A DNA stretch of 63,792 nucleotides, counting the filler, from Reticulomyxa filosa (lineage: Eukaryota; Protista; Foraminifera): assembly GCA_000512085.1 (NCBI GenBank). It is 20 parts of 20 records of this genome, joined end to end, with 100 filler letters (N's around TTAATTAATTAA, not from the genome) between each part and the next. Parts side by side here need not be neighbours in the genome. Positions count along the whole stretch, not along the records: positions 24,440 to 25,898 come from ASPP01004434.1; positions 25,999 to 27,279 come from ASPP01020925.1; positions 27,380 to 28,586 come from ASPP01043134.1; positions 28,687 to 32,181 come from ASPP01027973.1; positions 32,282 to 33,321 come from ASPP01013052.1; positions 33,422 to 34,633 come from ASPP01039198.1; positions 34,734 to 39,762 come from ASPP01000602.1; 13 more parts are not named here. One strand, given 5' to 3'. Shown here one piece after another: positions 24,848-35,879 of the stretch. Every line of letters starts with the position of its first letter. Positions within the stretch are counted from its first letter, which is position 1. The notes below the pieces were generated by a model, which ran no database searches, was not told the DNA's origin, and saw nothing but the letters and a program-made list of their open reading frames with translations. A program made the position numbers and the translations under genes.

Positions 24848-25086
24848 AAAATACATCCCCCCTTTTATCCTTTGGCCTTTTTCATTCCTTTCTTTTGACT
24901 TATGTTCAATGGGGGGGGGTTACGGTGTGACAAAAAATTTTGGTCACGAACTTAAACTTGAAGCTTGGGAAATGTTCAATTGTCACGTAAAATTTCTTTC
25001 TGAAATATTCAGACAGCACTCGCATTTTTTTTAATGGTTTTCTCCCATTCGTGAACATTAAAAAAATAAAAATAAAAATAAAGAAA

Positions 25087-25701
25087 ATGTTTGGATGGCT
25101 CTGGACACTTGTGTTGTGGATATTTGGGATGATATACTTTTTTGTGAAGCTAATAATCTTCCTTGTCGTGGTGTTGTTGTTGCTGTTGTGGCGCTATCAA
25201 GGACTAATATTGTATCAAAGACACGCCCCGGACAAAAAGAGACAAATAGTGTACAATCAGTTGGATATGTTGAAGAACCCATCTTGTTATCGCATGCAAT
25301 ATGATGACTTTTATATTTTGACAAAAGATAAAGTTGAAAAAAAAAAAAAGTAGAAAAAAAAAAGAGATGACAAAAAGGTGTGACGATACACAAAACAAAG
25401 GTGAGCATTCATTGTTGGTTGTTGCGACAAGCGAATAGTCGAGAATGCAGCACGCTGATGATGTTCCACGGAAACGCCGGGAACATTGGCTACCGTCTGC
25501 CGAATGCACGTCATTTGTATGAAAAGCTGCGAAGCAACATACTAATGATCGACTATCGAGGCTACGGCAACAGCGAAGGTGTGCCAACAGAAAAGGGGCT
25601 CATTCTCGACGCCGAGGCGTGTTTGGCCCATTTGATGGATCGTGACGACATCGACCGAAGCAGGATTTTTTTGTTGGGGAGTTCTTTGGGTATGTCGTTT
25701 C

Positions 25702-25736
<35 letters not shown>

Positions 25737-25810
25737 GGGGGTGGTCCACTTCAAAAAAAAAAAAAAAGGAGGAGCAGTGGCAATTGACTTGGCATATCGT
25801 TGTTCAACGG
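25087..25810 (+). CDS. ABHD13: Alpha/beta hydrolase ABHD13/BEM46 family, 3'-truncated; introns about 25333-25400 and 25690-25768
   Basis: N-terminal TM, YQGLILY, FHGNAGNIGYRL, DYRGYGNSEGVPTEKGLILDAEA and nucleophile GSSLG|GAVAI. Confidence 0.92.
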
Positions 25811-25998
25811 GTAAACTTCAAACGTTAAAAAAAGAAAGTGTGATAATGAATCGAATGACAAAACAGAAAGAAACAACAATAACAACAACAACAACAACNN
25901 NNNNNNNNNNNNNNNNNNNNNNNNNNNNNNNNNNNNNNNNNNTTAATTAATTAANNNNNNNNNNNNNNNNNNNNNNNNNNNNNNNNNNNNNNNNNNNN

Positions 25999-27272
25999 AC
26001 TGTTTCTTCTACGCTTTTCTTTTGTTCAGCAGCGAATGTCTTACGATAAATGTCGCATCTTGGCTGTCTTACAATGTTTACCATCTTGATTTTCTTTTTG
26101 TTCCATTTGTCCATCCTTCTCATCATTGAAGTTATGGGCTAGTTGAGTTAGTTGCTGCTCATTAACATCAACTGCAAATGAACAAATAATGTACGGAAAT
26201 TTCCAGAGAATGTATGCGCTAATACTTTTCTGGATAACGTATTTTTGTTTCTTAATCCAATGAACTTAATCGCCGATGTTGCTGATTTAAGTTCTTTGGC
26301 TTTCGAGCTGTGTAATACAACTTGAAACGTCGAATATTGGATGCTTTGCTTTCTTTGCCACTTCATCCTTTAATCCATCATCTGGTGTTTTTCGTTTTAT
26401 GGCTATCGCCTTGTGTGTCGACGTCATGTCATTGTTTGACGTCATTTTGGATTGTCTTTGCTTGTTTCTGGTATCAATACCATATCCAATTCCATTTCTA
26501 ACGTAATATCCACTTCCAATGCCACCATGCACAGTGGCATTTGATAATTCACTAGTGATAGACATGTTCGGAAGTGTAGTTAACATGTCTAGATTGGATT
26601 CTTGATTCAATTCCATGCATGACTTGCAGTAGCCGATTGGGGTAAAGACACCTTGCCTCGACCATCCGGATCGCTTTCACAAGCCTTGTTATCAGTCAGT
26701 GGGTTTCTGTTTTGCCCGATGTTCACTAGAGATTACCAAACACAAAAAACAGGTATTTGCCTCGAGAATACTAAGCGTCGAACACTCTTAAGGATCAATA
26801 CCCTATCACACAAGTCGCCCGTTACCAGTAAAAGAGTTACTACCTCAGTTACCAGGAGTTTGCACCACGGCAACTGAGGACAAGATACGCGGTAAGTTTA
26901 AAAGCGCTTCCACCTCTCACAGTCACACACTAGATGCTGAACCGACGACGAAACCTCCCAAAAATGAACTTCAACAAAAAACGCTGCCAAAGGGTAACAA
27001 AAATGTTTAAAGTCACACTATGCCACAATCTCACAAAATCCAACTACTATAAAAAAATTTTTATACCACCAGTTAAAAAATTTTCTAGTTAAAATTTTCT
27101 TTGTTTCTTTATTGGTCCGGAACTTTCTTGGACTAGACAACGTTCGAAATACTTTACTTTCAAAACTTAAGAGATGTCGAAGTATCCTGAGACTTTCAAT
27201 CGCAATCTCTTTCAAAATACAAGAAAAGTTAATATTAATGATGAAGTTGGTAAATATTAATTTTTTTTTTTG
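25999..27272 (-). mobile_element. LINE 5' leader plus decayed ORF1 N-terminal region (copy B)
   Basis: Leader repeat 26615-27270. ORF1 peptides KVLAHTFSGNFRTLFVH and PRCDIYRKTFAAEQRK align with KILTHTFSMTWKTVYVH and PKRSIYNSSYAEEKRK of the element at 38253-38522. Confidence 0.85.
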
Positions 27273-27404
27273 TTGAATTNNNNNNNNNNNNNNNNNNNNN
27301 NNNNNNNNNNNNNNNNNNNNNNNTTAATTAATTAANNNNNNNNNNNNNNNNNNNNNNNNNNNNNNNNNNNNNNNNNNNNCAATAATCTGTATCAAACAAT
27401 AATT

Positions 27405-28586
27405 TTTCAATTTGCAAATTCCACTCCTAATCCGAAGTACGGTGATTGTAAACGTATTTGATGTGTTTTTGATATTTCCATGTCATAATTAATATAAGAG
27501 ATCATGTGCGTTTCTTCCATGTTGTAACAATTGATTTTTTTTCATTTCTTCAAAGGCTTTATTGCAATGATAATTGGCATATTTCAAAATTTTTCAGCCT
27601 TTTAAAAAACTTGAAACAATATTGTCAATAACAATAACAATGACTATCTTCTTTGCTCAGTTTTTATTTCGTTTTTGTTTTTCCTATCTTCACGCCAATA
27701 ATTTTTATTTGATTTGAGCAAGACTAAAGCATTCCAACTCCACAGTTGTGTCAAGGGTACATGAGGACCCAACCAATTTTCTAAAACAATCCGATTTCTT
27801 TTATTCTTGCTAACACGTGATTTTTTTTTTTTTTTTTTTTTTGAGACTCTTGAGATTAGAATAAATACTTGTTCCATCATTGCATTATTTCTTGATTTTT
27901 TACAAACCTTTTTTTTTGTTTTTTCCCCCCTTGCAATATATTATTAATGTTAACAGATTTTAGTGTTGTATATAATCACAATGAAGAAATGTATAAAAAA
28001 AATATTATGCACAACTGATCGATATTGACCTAATTCAATGAGTAATTCATCGAATTCATCATCACCAATGTTTGCTGGTAATGTAAACTGAGACACGTTG
28101 TTAGTTAGAAGCACGCTTGGTTGCAAATTTTTTTCAGTGGATTGAAATGGTGTGAAGGGCCATGACAGAGAATGAGACACTCCCTACGCATGAAAATGAT
28201 GTTGTTAAAATTGTTTCAATTCTTTGATAGTAAGTAAAGATTTACTGAACATCATCAATCCGCTCGCTTGATAATCCATATGATGGATTAATTCGGGTGT
28301 CATTGTGAAATTGAGTGCGTTTATGTGCGAAGGCAACATTTGCGCCTGCTGCTCTAATATCAATGCATTACTTTAAATACATTTATGCAAATCTGGGACT
28401 ATTTTCAAAAGTACGTTCATCAATGCATTGTATTCACACTTGTTATTGTTTTCAAGTAAATGTACACTCATCCCACTATTTCTTTGTATTCATATAATCA
28501 ATTTTTCCCAGTGGCCAATATATTTTGGAGAGATACTCGTGTCTACGAGAATGATTCTATCACAGGCTTTCAAATTCGAAAGGGAG
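27405..28586 (-). CDS. RluA/RPUSD-family pseudouridine synthase-like, divergent, multi-exon fragment
   Basis: Minus-strand LIHHMDYQASGLMMF at about 28245-28292 (cf. VHRLDxxTSG) and ISKTHQIRLQS at about 27443-27476 (cf. TGRTHQIRVH), in the correct order. Confidence 0.5.
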
Positions 28587-28686
28587 NNNNNNNNNNNNNN
28601 NNNNNNNNNNNNNNNNNNNNNNNNNNNNNNTTAATTAATTAANNNNNNNNNNNNNNNNNNNNNNNNNNNNNNNNNNNNNNNNNNNN

Positions 28687-29015
28687 GCTTTTTATCAAAG
28701 TCTTTTACATTCATTTTCTCATGTGGTTATGTGTCTCTCCTTTCTCTTTGCTGTTATTATTGTTTGTTACTGCACCAGATGCAACTCTACTGCATTCTTG
28801 AATATAGGCATGTGCATGTGGGAAAGGAAAAGATCCCACCCTGTGGAAGGCAATTACTACGTCGAATTAAAATGCGATATGAGTGGACGAAAACAATCGC
28901 TCTTCGTGAACAGCTGGTCATTGACATGTTAGGACCGGATATAGGCAGTGTTGTGATCAGTTACTTGTCAAGATGGGAAGAAATGCACTTTCCTTTTGCC
29001 GTGACATCTTCGTAA
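28687..29015 (+). CDS. Membrane-protein family C-terminus, paralogous to 55600-57360
   Basis: Spliced YIHFLMW|HVH...IKMRYE...REQLVIDMLGPDIGSVVISYL. Confidence 0.65.
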
Positions 29016-29524
29016 ATATGTTGTCTAAACATAATTTTGATTCATGTACATTTTTTATAAAAAAAGTTTCAGGCAGATCAGCAACTTTTAAAAATTGATT
29101 AAATAAGTTGTATATACATATTTGAAGAAGGACACTTTTTTTTAGTGCTCAAAAAAAAAAAAAAAAAAACGGCTTCACAACATAAAGTTCATTTATCCAG
29201 TAGCGCAAGTACGCAAAAAAAAAAAAAAAAAAAATTTGATAAGGGGTCCCACACATTGAACTTATTTACTTGTATTTGAGTGCAATACTTCAAAATGTGA
29301 TGTAGTAAAATTCAGATCGTGACAAAATTGAGCCGAGTTAATAATATCACAACACCACCATTTTTTTTTTTTAATAAAAAAAAAACTTTTGACAGTTGTT
29401 TTTTTTTTTTCCATAAAACAATTTTTTTTTAAAAAAAATTGTTGTGATACAAAGAATGTTTATTTTTTAGACAGCGGTGATTTGGATGAAATTGAAAATT
29501 ATTTTTTTTATGAGATATTTTTGT

Positions 29525-30508
29525 TTATGCACTTCTTGCTTTTGCTTCAGCAATTCTTCTGTCTATTTCTTCTTCCCAAGTTGGAACATTGGCAATTTCT
29601 TTCAATGATTTTCCAGTTAATTCCTCCCAAAAATCATGAAAAGATCTTGCCTTGAAATGATGACTGATGCCTTTTGCTTTGATTCCACGTTCAAATTCGG
29701 CCAGCATTGCTTTGAATTCTGTTTCATTTACTCGAATAGGAAATGGTCTAGTTCGAAACATCATTTCTCGTAACTGTAAATATTTTCAATTACACAGAAT
29801 ATTGAGACAATTTTAATTTTAATTTTAATTTTTTAAAAAATAAAATTAAAATTAAAATTAAAATTAGTTTACCATTGTTTCATAATCAGGGACATATTGA
29901 ACATGCCAATTGGACACAAAAGGTGGTTGTTTAATTAAAGGTCTTTCGGCCATTCCCAATACTGATGGACCTGGATCATTGGCCGCCCACAAATCCATAT
30001 ATGCCATACAATCTACCACATCTGTGCTTTTGCTGCATGGACTCCAAATGTTTGGAACACGTCGACAATATTCTTCTAATGTTTCACCTTCCTAATTATT
30101 TCAATACATAAATAAATACATTTCTTTATTTTTTTTTTTTTTAATAAATAAATAAATACTTACTTTGGCTGGTGGGAATGTATCTTCATCAAAATAACCA
30201 AAATCACTGTTTGGCCAACCAATATCCAAAGTGGTCCACGTATCAGGAACTCCTGATGGCTTTGTTGCACCATCATCTAAATCGATTTCACCGGGTCCCG
30301 GAAATAGATAGACCCCTTTAAACACATAATTACGTTTCGACACATGGCACAATCCGCCATTGCGCTTTCCATTGTTTTGTGAGCTTGAGGAATTCAAGAA
30401 GCCACTTTGATGAAATTTACTTGTGTGGTTAAGTCCAACCAATACAGAGCATGGAGACATGCCAACAAGCCTTTGGCTTTTCGCTGCACAACCTAATGTT
30501 GAAAGCAT
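29525..30508 (-). CDS. Unknown protein with mitochondrial-presequence-like N-terminus; three exons
   Basis: GT-AG introns about 30093-30163 and 29775-29872 join the frames. The N-terminal stretch is Arg/Ser/Lys-rich, acid-free, and ends in SKRNY. Confidence 0.65.
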
Positions 30509-30885
30509 TATGCTTCACCAGAAACCGCAAAACTTATCAAAAAAAACTTTTCAGCAGTGCCTTGAGAAAAGTGTTGGCTGGTTGTTTCGAAATGAAAACT
30601 TGAATGTTCATCAAAATCGTTGTTTTTTTTTCCTCATTTTTTTTGTTAATATTTGCGAGCTTAGTGTTTTGCATCAGAAGTGCGTTCACAACAAAACAGA
30701 TCAACAAAATTCACCAATTTTTCTTCACCTTTTAAAATTTTTGACTTGTTCGCCAACTTTCCAAAGTAGCAAAAGGAAAAAAAAAAAAAAAAAAAATGGT
30801 GTACTTTTTGTGTTGGCATTTTGGATGGAAATGGATGAAGAAAGAAAAAAGCTGAAGGATGGATTATTTTGTGTATAAAGTTTGA

Positions 30886-32130
30886 TCAAGGACGGACAAC
30901 GGCAGCACTGCAGTAAATGCCATTGAAAACGAAGGTGTGATTAAACTCAAAGAATTGTTGCAATATAATTTTCATGACAGCTTGTGCAGCAACTCCACCC
31001 ATGAATGCAGCAGTATTGTGGATTTCAGATCCTCCAAAGCGAGCCCTATAGAGCACGTATTACATATATATGTGTATATAAAAAAAATATATACATATAC
31101 ATATATATACATATATATATGTATATGTATATATATTGTATAAATACATTTCTTGTAAGCATTCAGGAATGACTTCTTGATCCAATCCAATTTTTTGGAA
31201 CAAATCCGTTTGAATAGTGACAAGTTGTTGCACATCATCTTCGACCTGGTCTTTTGAAATGCCAGGCAATCGTTTGAATTGATTGACAAATTGATCCAAA
31301 GAGCGGAATGCCCAATACCAGTTGATGTTTTTGGGGTCAAAGGGTTTTTCGACTTCTTCATTTTCGTCTTCGTTTTTGCCCTCTTCCAAGGCTGTCCAAT
31401 CGATATATTGTTCTTGGATGTGTTCGAGATCGGGATTGGAATACTCGTCGGCGACGGAGCGTGTTCTCACCACTTTCAAATCGCGACAGTTGCGCACAAA
31501 GCGATCGACAAATTCGTCGGCGATATCAGTTTTGGGTTTGCCCAAGTGTTCCAAGTGTTTGTGGACATATTTCAATATCGTGTCTCGATCTTTGTTGGCT
31601 CTCTCTTTGTAAATGTTTTTCAAGGTGACATACGACTTGGGATCGGTGGTGATATCGGGAATATTTGTGGACACGGGCAGAAAGCCTTTTCCTTCGTGTT
31701 CCATAAAATCGCGAAGTGCGCGAACGCAGATCCAAAAATGGGACGAATCTTTGGTCAGCACCTCCCCCTTTTTATCCGTCAATACCTCCATCACATCGCG
31801 ATCAATTCTCGGCTTGTTATAGCATTGGAATGCCCATTGAATGCTGTCATCGACATTCTCGTCATCGCCCAATTGCTCGCGAATCCCATCTTTGAACTCT
31901 TGTTGTTCCAGGAAATTGCTCGGCAATTTGCCCTCGTGCTTTTCCATCCATTTCTGCGTGTACTGTCCCAATATCGCCAAGCAAGGCAGGTGCGCACGCT
32001 TTTCGACGTCTTGCGTCTTCAAGTCGAAGCTGTCGATAAAGTGTTGCAATTCTTTGAAGATCTTCAATTGCTCGTGGTATATATAGAAATCGGTTCTGTC
32101 GTTTGTCGGATGACTTTCCAATACTATAGA
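30886..32130 (-). CDS. NAE1: NEDD8-activating enzyme E1 regulatory subunit (APPBP1/Ula1), 5'-truncated
   Basis: ESHP, AHLP..IL..Y..KW...H.GKLP, FW....AL..F...EG.G.LP....IPD, and last exon RFGGSEIHNTAAFMGGVAAQ..K.I..QF...NHTFVFNG. Confidence 0.93.
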
Positions 32131-32148
32131 TAATATTTTCGTAATACA

Positions 32149-32181
<33 letters not shown>

Positions 32182-32281
32182 NNNNNNNNNNNNNNNNNNN
32201 NNNNNNNNNNNNNNNNNNNNNNNNNTTAATTAATTAANNNNNNNNNNNNNNNNNNNNNNNNNNNNNNNNNNNNNNNNNNNN

Positions 32282-32863
32282 ACTATTGTTTGTTTGTTTA
32301 TCGTTATCATTCATAACATTATCATCACTTATCTCTGGTTTCATCCTTTTCATTTTCTTGTATCCATCTCTTTCTTCTTTTGTTTGGATCTGCTCCCGTT
32401 CTTGTTCTTGTTCTTGTTCTTGTTCTTGTTCTGATTCCGTTTCCGTGTCTTGCTCCATTCCTAGCCACGAAGGAGGAGACACACTAATCCCAGCTTTGAT
32501 ACATCCGACGGGCTCCTCCGCATCGTTCCGACACCCCTTCAAAGACATTCTATTCTCTTGTTCGCAGTCGCTCGAGTTGCTCGTTGTCGTAAAGTCTATA
32601 CACAAGAGCTCTGCCGATGTTGGCACCGCTTGGAGCTTCGTCATGCAACTCTTATCGCTGCATTTTGTTTTGATCTTGGTTTGCGGTTGATTGTCGCTTT
32701 TTTGCTTGCTCATGTTATCGAGCGTGTCTGCCAAACTCAACGACAGCTTCGACCTTCGGACATGAATTTCTTTATTCACTGGGTCATAGCTTTGCTCCGC
32801 TGTTAAACGACGCCGCAATCTACAGCTTTCATTGTTACCAATATCACCAAGAACACGCTTCAT
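32282..32863 (-). CDS. N-terminus of a D-box-containing protein (possibly a mitotic cyclin), 3'-truncated
   Basis: Starts MKRVLGDIGNN (RxxLxxxxN destruction box), followed by disordered sequence. Confidence 0.5.
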
Positions 32864-33479
32864 TTCTTAAAAAAAAGGCTGATATTCCAAATTTTTTTTT
32901 TTGTTGACCTTTTCTTATTTGCGGGAATTTATATTTCATTGCAGTAACTGAGCAGGATGTCATATCTACCTGTAATAATTAAAGAGATATGAAATCATAC
33001 AAAAATATAATGGATTATAAAAATTTCGACAATATTCAAATTCGAATCTTTTTGTATTTTTTTTCTTTCTTACCAAATACTGGACCATACGACGAATGGT
33101 CATAGATCCTCGTTGTTTATATCTAGATTTAGCAGTGAATTTTTGCGTATTATACTTTACTACTTCTCACATTACAAAAAAAATTTTTTAATAAAATTAA
33201 ATATAATATGTATCAAACAAAGAACAAAAAAAAACAAACATTGTTTCATGAAAAAAATTAATCATAGCAAAATTGATCATAGTGTGGGATTTGTGAGAAG
33301 ACTAAATGTAATACGAAAGGANNNNNNNNNNNNNNNNNNNNNNNNNNNNNNNNNNNNNNNNNNNNTTAATTAATTAANNNNNNNNNNNNNNNNNNNNNNN
33401 NNNNNNNNNNNNNNNNNNNNNAAAAAAAAAAAAACAAACAAACAAACAAACAAAAAAACATATTCAATTCAATTCGAAT

Positions 33480-34151
33480 ATACGCAATCTTATGTTTGTG
33501 TAAAACTTGATCAGCTGCGAATTTTTTTTGGTGCTCTCGTAATGACTGTTTTATCACGTAGCTCAATGTCCTTGTCTCTATTGCCGGCTCCTCTTTGTTG
33601 TCCTCCTCGTTCGCTTGATCTGCTTCAATTTCATCGTCTTTCTTCTTTTTAGTTCTAGGTTTTTTCTTTTGTTTTGTTTTTGGCTGTGCTACTTTCTCTC
33701 CTTTTTCGTTGTCTTCTTGTTCTTTTCCTTTTTTCTTTTTTTTCTTCTTCTTCTTTGTCTTCTCTCCCTCCTCTTCAGCTTCTTTCTCTCTCTCTTTTTC
33801 TTTTTCTTTTTCTTTTTCTTTCTCTTTCTCTTTTTCTATTTCTTCTTTCTTTTTCTCTTCCTCTTTCTCTCTCTCTTTTTCTATTTCTTTCTCTTTCTTT
33901 TTCTTTTTCTTTTTCTCTCTTTCTTTTGTTTTTGATCTTTTTTTCGGCTTTTCTATCTCTTTTTCTGTAGCTTTTTTCTTTGTTCTCTCTTTACTTTTTT
34001 TCACTTTGCTTTTTTTCTTTTTGCTTTTCTCCTTCATTTCACCATTTTTTTTCATCTTTTTTTTCGGTGGCTCTATCGATTGCAACGTGTCTGATTCTAC
34101 GTCTTTAAACGCATCTTTATGTTTGCGCTTTTTTTTGTTTTCTGTTGTCAT
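33480..34151 (-). CDS. Lys/Glu-rich low-complexity protein, 3'-truncated
   Basis: Long ORF of KE repeats with NLS-like PPKKKMK. No folded domain recognised. Confidence 0.55.
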
Positions 34152-35239
34152 CTTAATTTCCGCAATGTTTTTCTTGCTTCTGTCCTCCTTTCAACTCTTA
34201 TTCATTTGTTCCATTTAATTTTATGAACAAATTATCAATATATTAATCATGTACTGTTTTAAGCATTTTTATCTAAATTTGAAAGAGATGTGAATTAAAA
34301 TAGAGCAAATACTAGAAATGAACGCTTCAATTATGTACTAAAAGAATCGAGAAAACAATAGAATACACGATAACAACAGAATCTGGCTATTTGAAGGATT
34401 CTTGGAGTGACAATCACAATGAAGAGAGAGAAAAAAAGATCAAAAACCTTAGTTGGACGAAGATAAAATGTAGCTTGAAACATAAACAAAGGCATATGAA
34501 AACAAGCCCTCCCCTCTCAACCAAAAATACTGGAACATGAGCTACATCAGCATCCAAGCAATAAAAAATTACAAACAATGTATTTATATATTTATTACTT
34601 TTTCTTTGGAAAAAAAGGAGGAGTGAAAGATTTNNNNNNNNNNNNNNNNNNNNNNNNNNNNNNNNNNNNNNNNNNNNTTAATTAATTAANNNNNNNNNNN
34701 NNNNNNNNNNNNNNNNNNNNNNNNNNNNNNNNNTTCAACTTGAAAGACCTAAATTTGTGCATGTAGAGAGGGCAAAAGCAGTGCAAGTTGAGGATGAAGC
34801 GAGATAGTAGTCCAACACTTGACACGCCCCCACTGCAACCCATCTAAAAAAAATCATATGAATATCATAATTATCATTCATTGCATTTGACTTTGCAATG
34901 ATATTCGTTGATATTGTGTCATTTGGATTCGGCAATGTTGCCAACGACGAATCTTTTCGATTTATTGCTTGCCAAAAACTTGCTATAATCAGACATTCCG
35001 GAAAATATAATTTTTTCGCTCAGATTTGAGCGTAAAGATCAATGGTAGTCTTGGATTACAATAAATCGGCCTGGAAATTTCTTTGAGAATTTTCCTTCAA
35101 TCGCAATACCACAATAAACTTTCTTTCAAATGAACTTCAAATATCTATAGATATTGAATAACTGCCTAGCACTTCAAAAAACAATTTTTTAAGTCAAGTT
35201 GAAAATGGTTATGAAAGTAGATATAGAATTTATTTTTTT

Positions 35240-35835
35240 TATCACCTTCACAAGCCTTGTTATCAGCGGTGAGTTTCGGTTTTGCCCTAGGTTCAGTAGA
35301 AGTTATCCGACCATCGTAGTTCTGCCAAATAAAAAAAACTGGTATTTGCCTCGAGATTGCCAATTTTTCAAAGGCGTCTAACACTCTTAAGGCAAGCAAG
35401 GTTCAACCTTCTCCAGCAAGCCTTCCGTTTCCAGTAAAAGGGTTACTATCCCAGTTATCAGGAATTAGTACAAGATACTCGTGAAGTTAAAAATGCACTT
35501 CCACCTCTCAAAGCACATACTAGATGCTGATCCGATGACGACAACTGTAACGAAAAAGTTTCCAAAAACAATAACAAAAGGTAAGAAATCACACTCCACT
35601 CACAATGTTAGAAAATCCAACTACTATAAAAAATTTGTTTCTAGTTAAAAAATTTCTTTCTTTCTTAGTCCGAAAATCTGCGGAACTTTCTTAGACTATA
35701 CGACCTTGAAAATAATTTGCTTAACTTTCATAATCCCTTAAAAACTTAAGATATCTTGACACTTTCAAGCACAATCTCTTTCAAAATACAACTTTTTAAG
35801 AAAAGTTAATATCAATGATGAAAGTGGTAAATATT
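35240..35835 (-). repeat. LINE 5' leader (copy C), directly downstream of RNase H remnant
   Basis: Shares ttcacaagccttgttatcag, tttgcctcgag, acactcttaag, ctagatgctga and tcaaaatacaactttttaagaaaagttaatat with copy A and/or copy B. Confidence 0.88.
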
Positions 35836-35879
35836 CATTTATCCAAATCGAGTCCATAAAGTAGCAAAGTTTGATCAGT

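Noticed and set aside
24588-25034. 148-aa poly-Leu ORF in the track
   Set aside because: Wrong frame. The Gly-rich frame 24440-24847 is the plausible one.
31279-32133. 284-aa antisense ORF over NAE1
   Set aside because: Shadow of a codon-biased, GC-richer exon, with no motifs.
33615-34218. Phe/Leu/Ser-rich + strand ORFs resembling membrane proteins
   Set aside because: Reverse complement of the KE-rich coding repeat.
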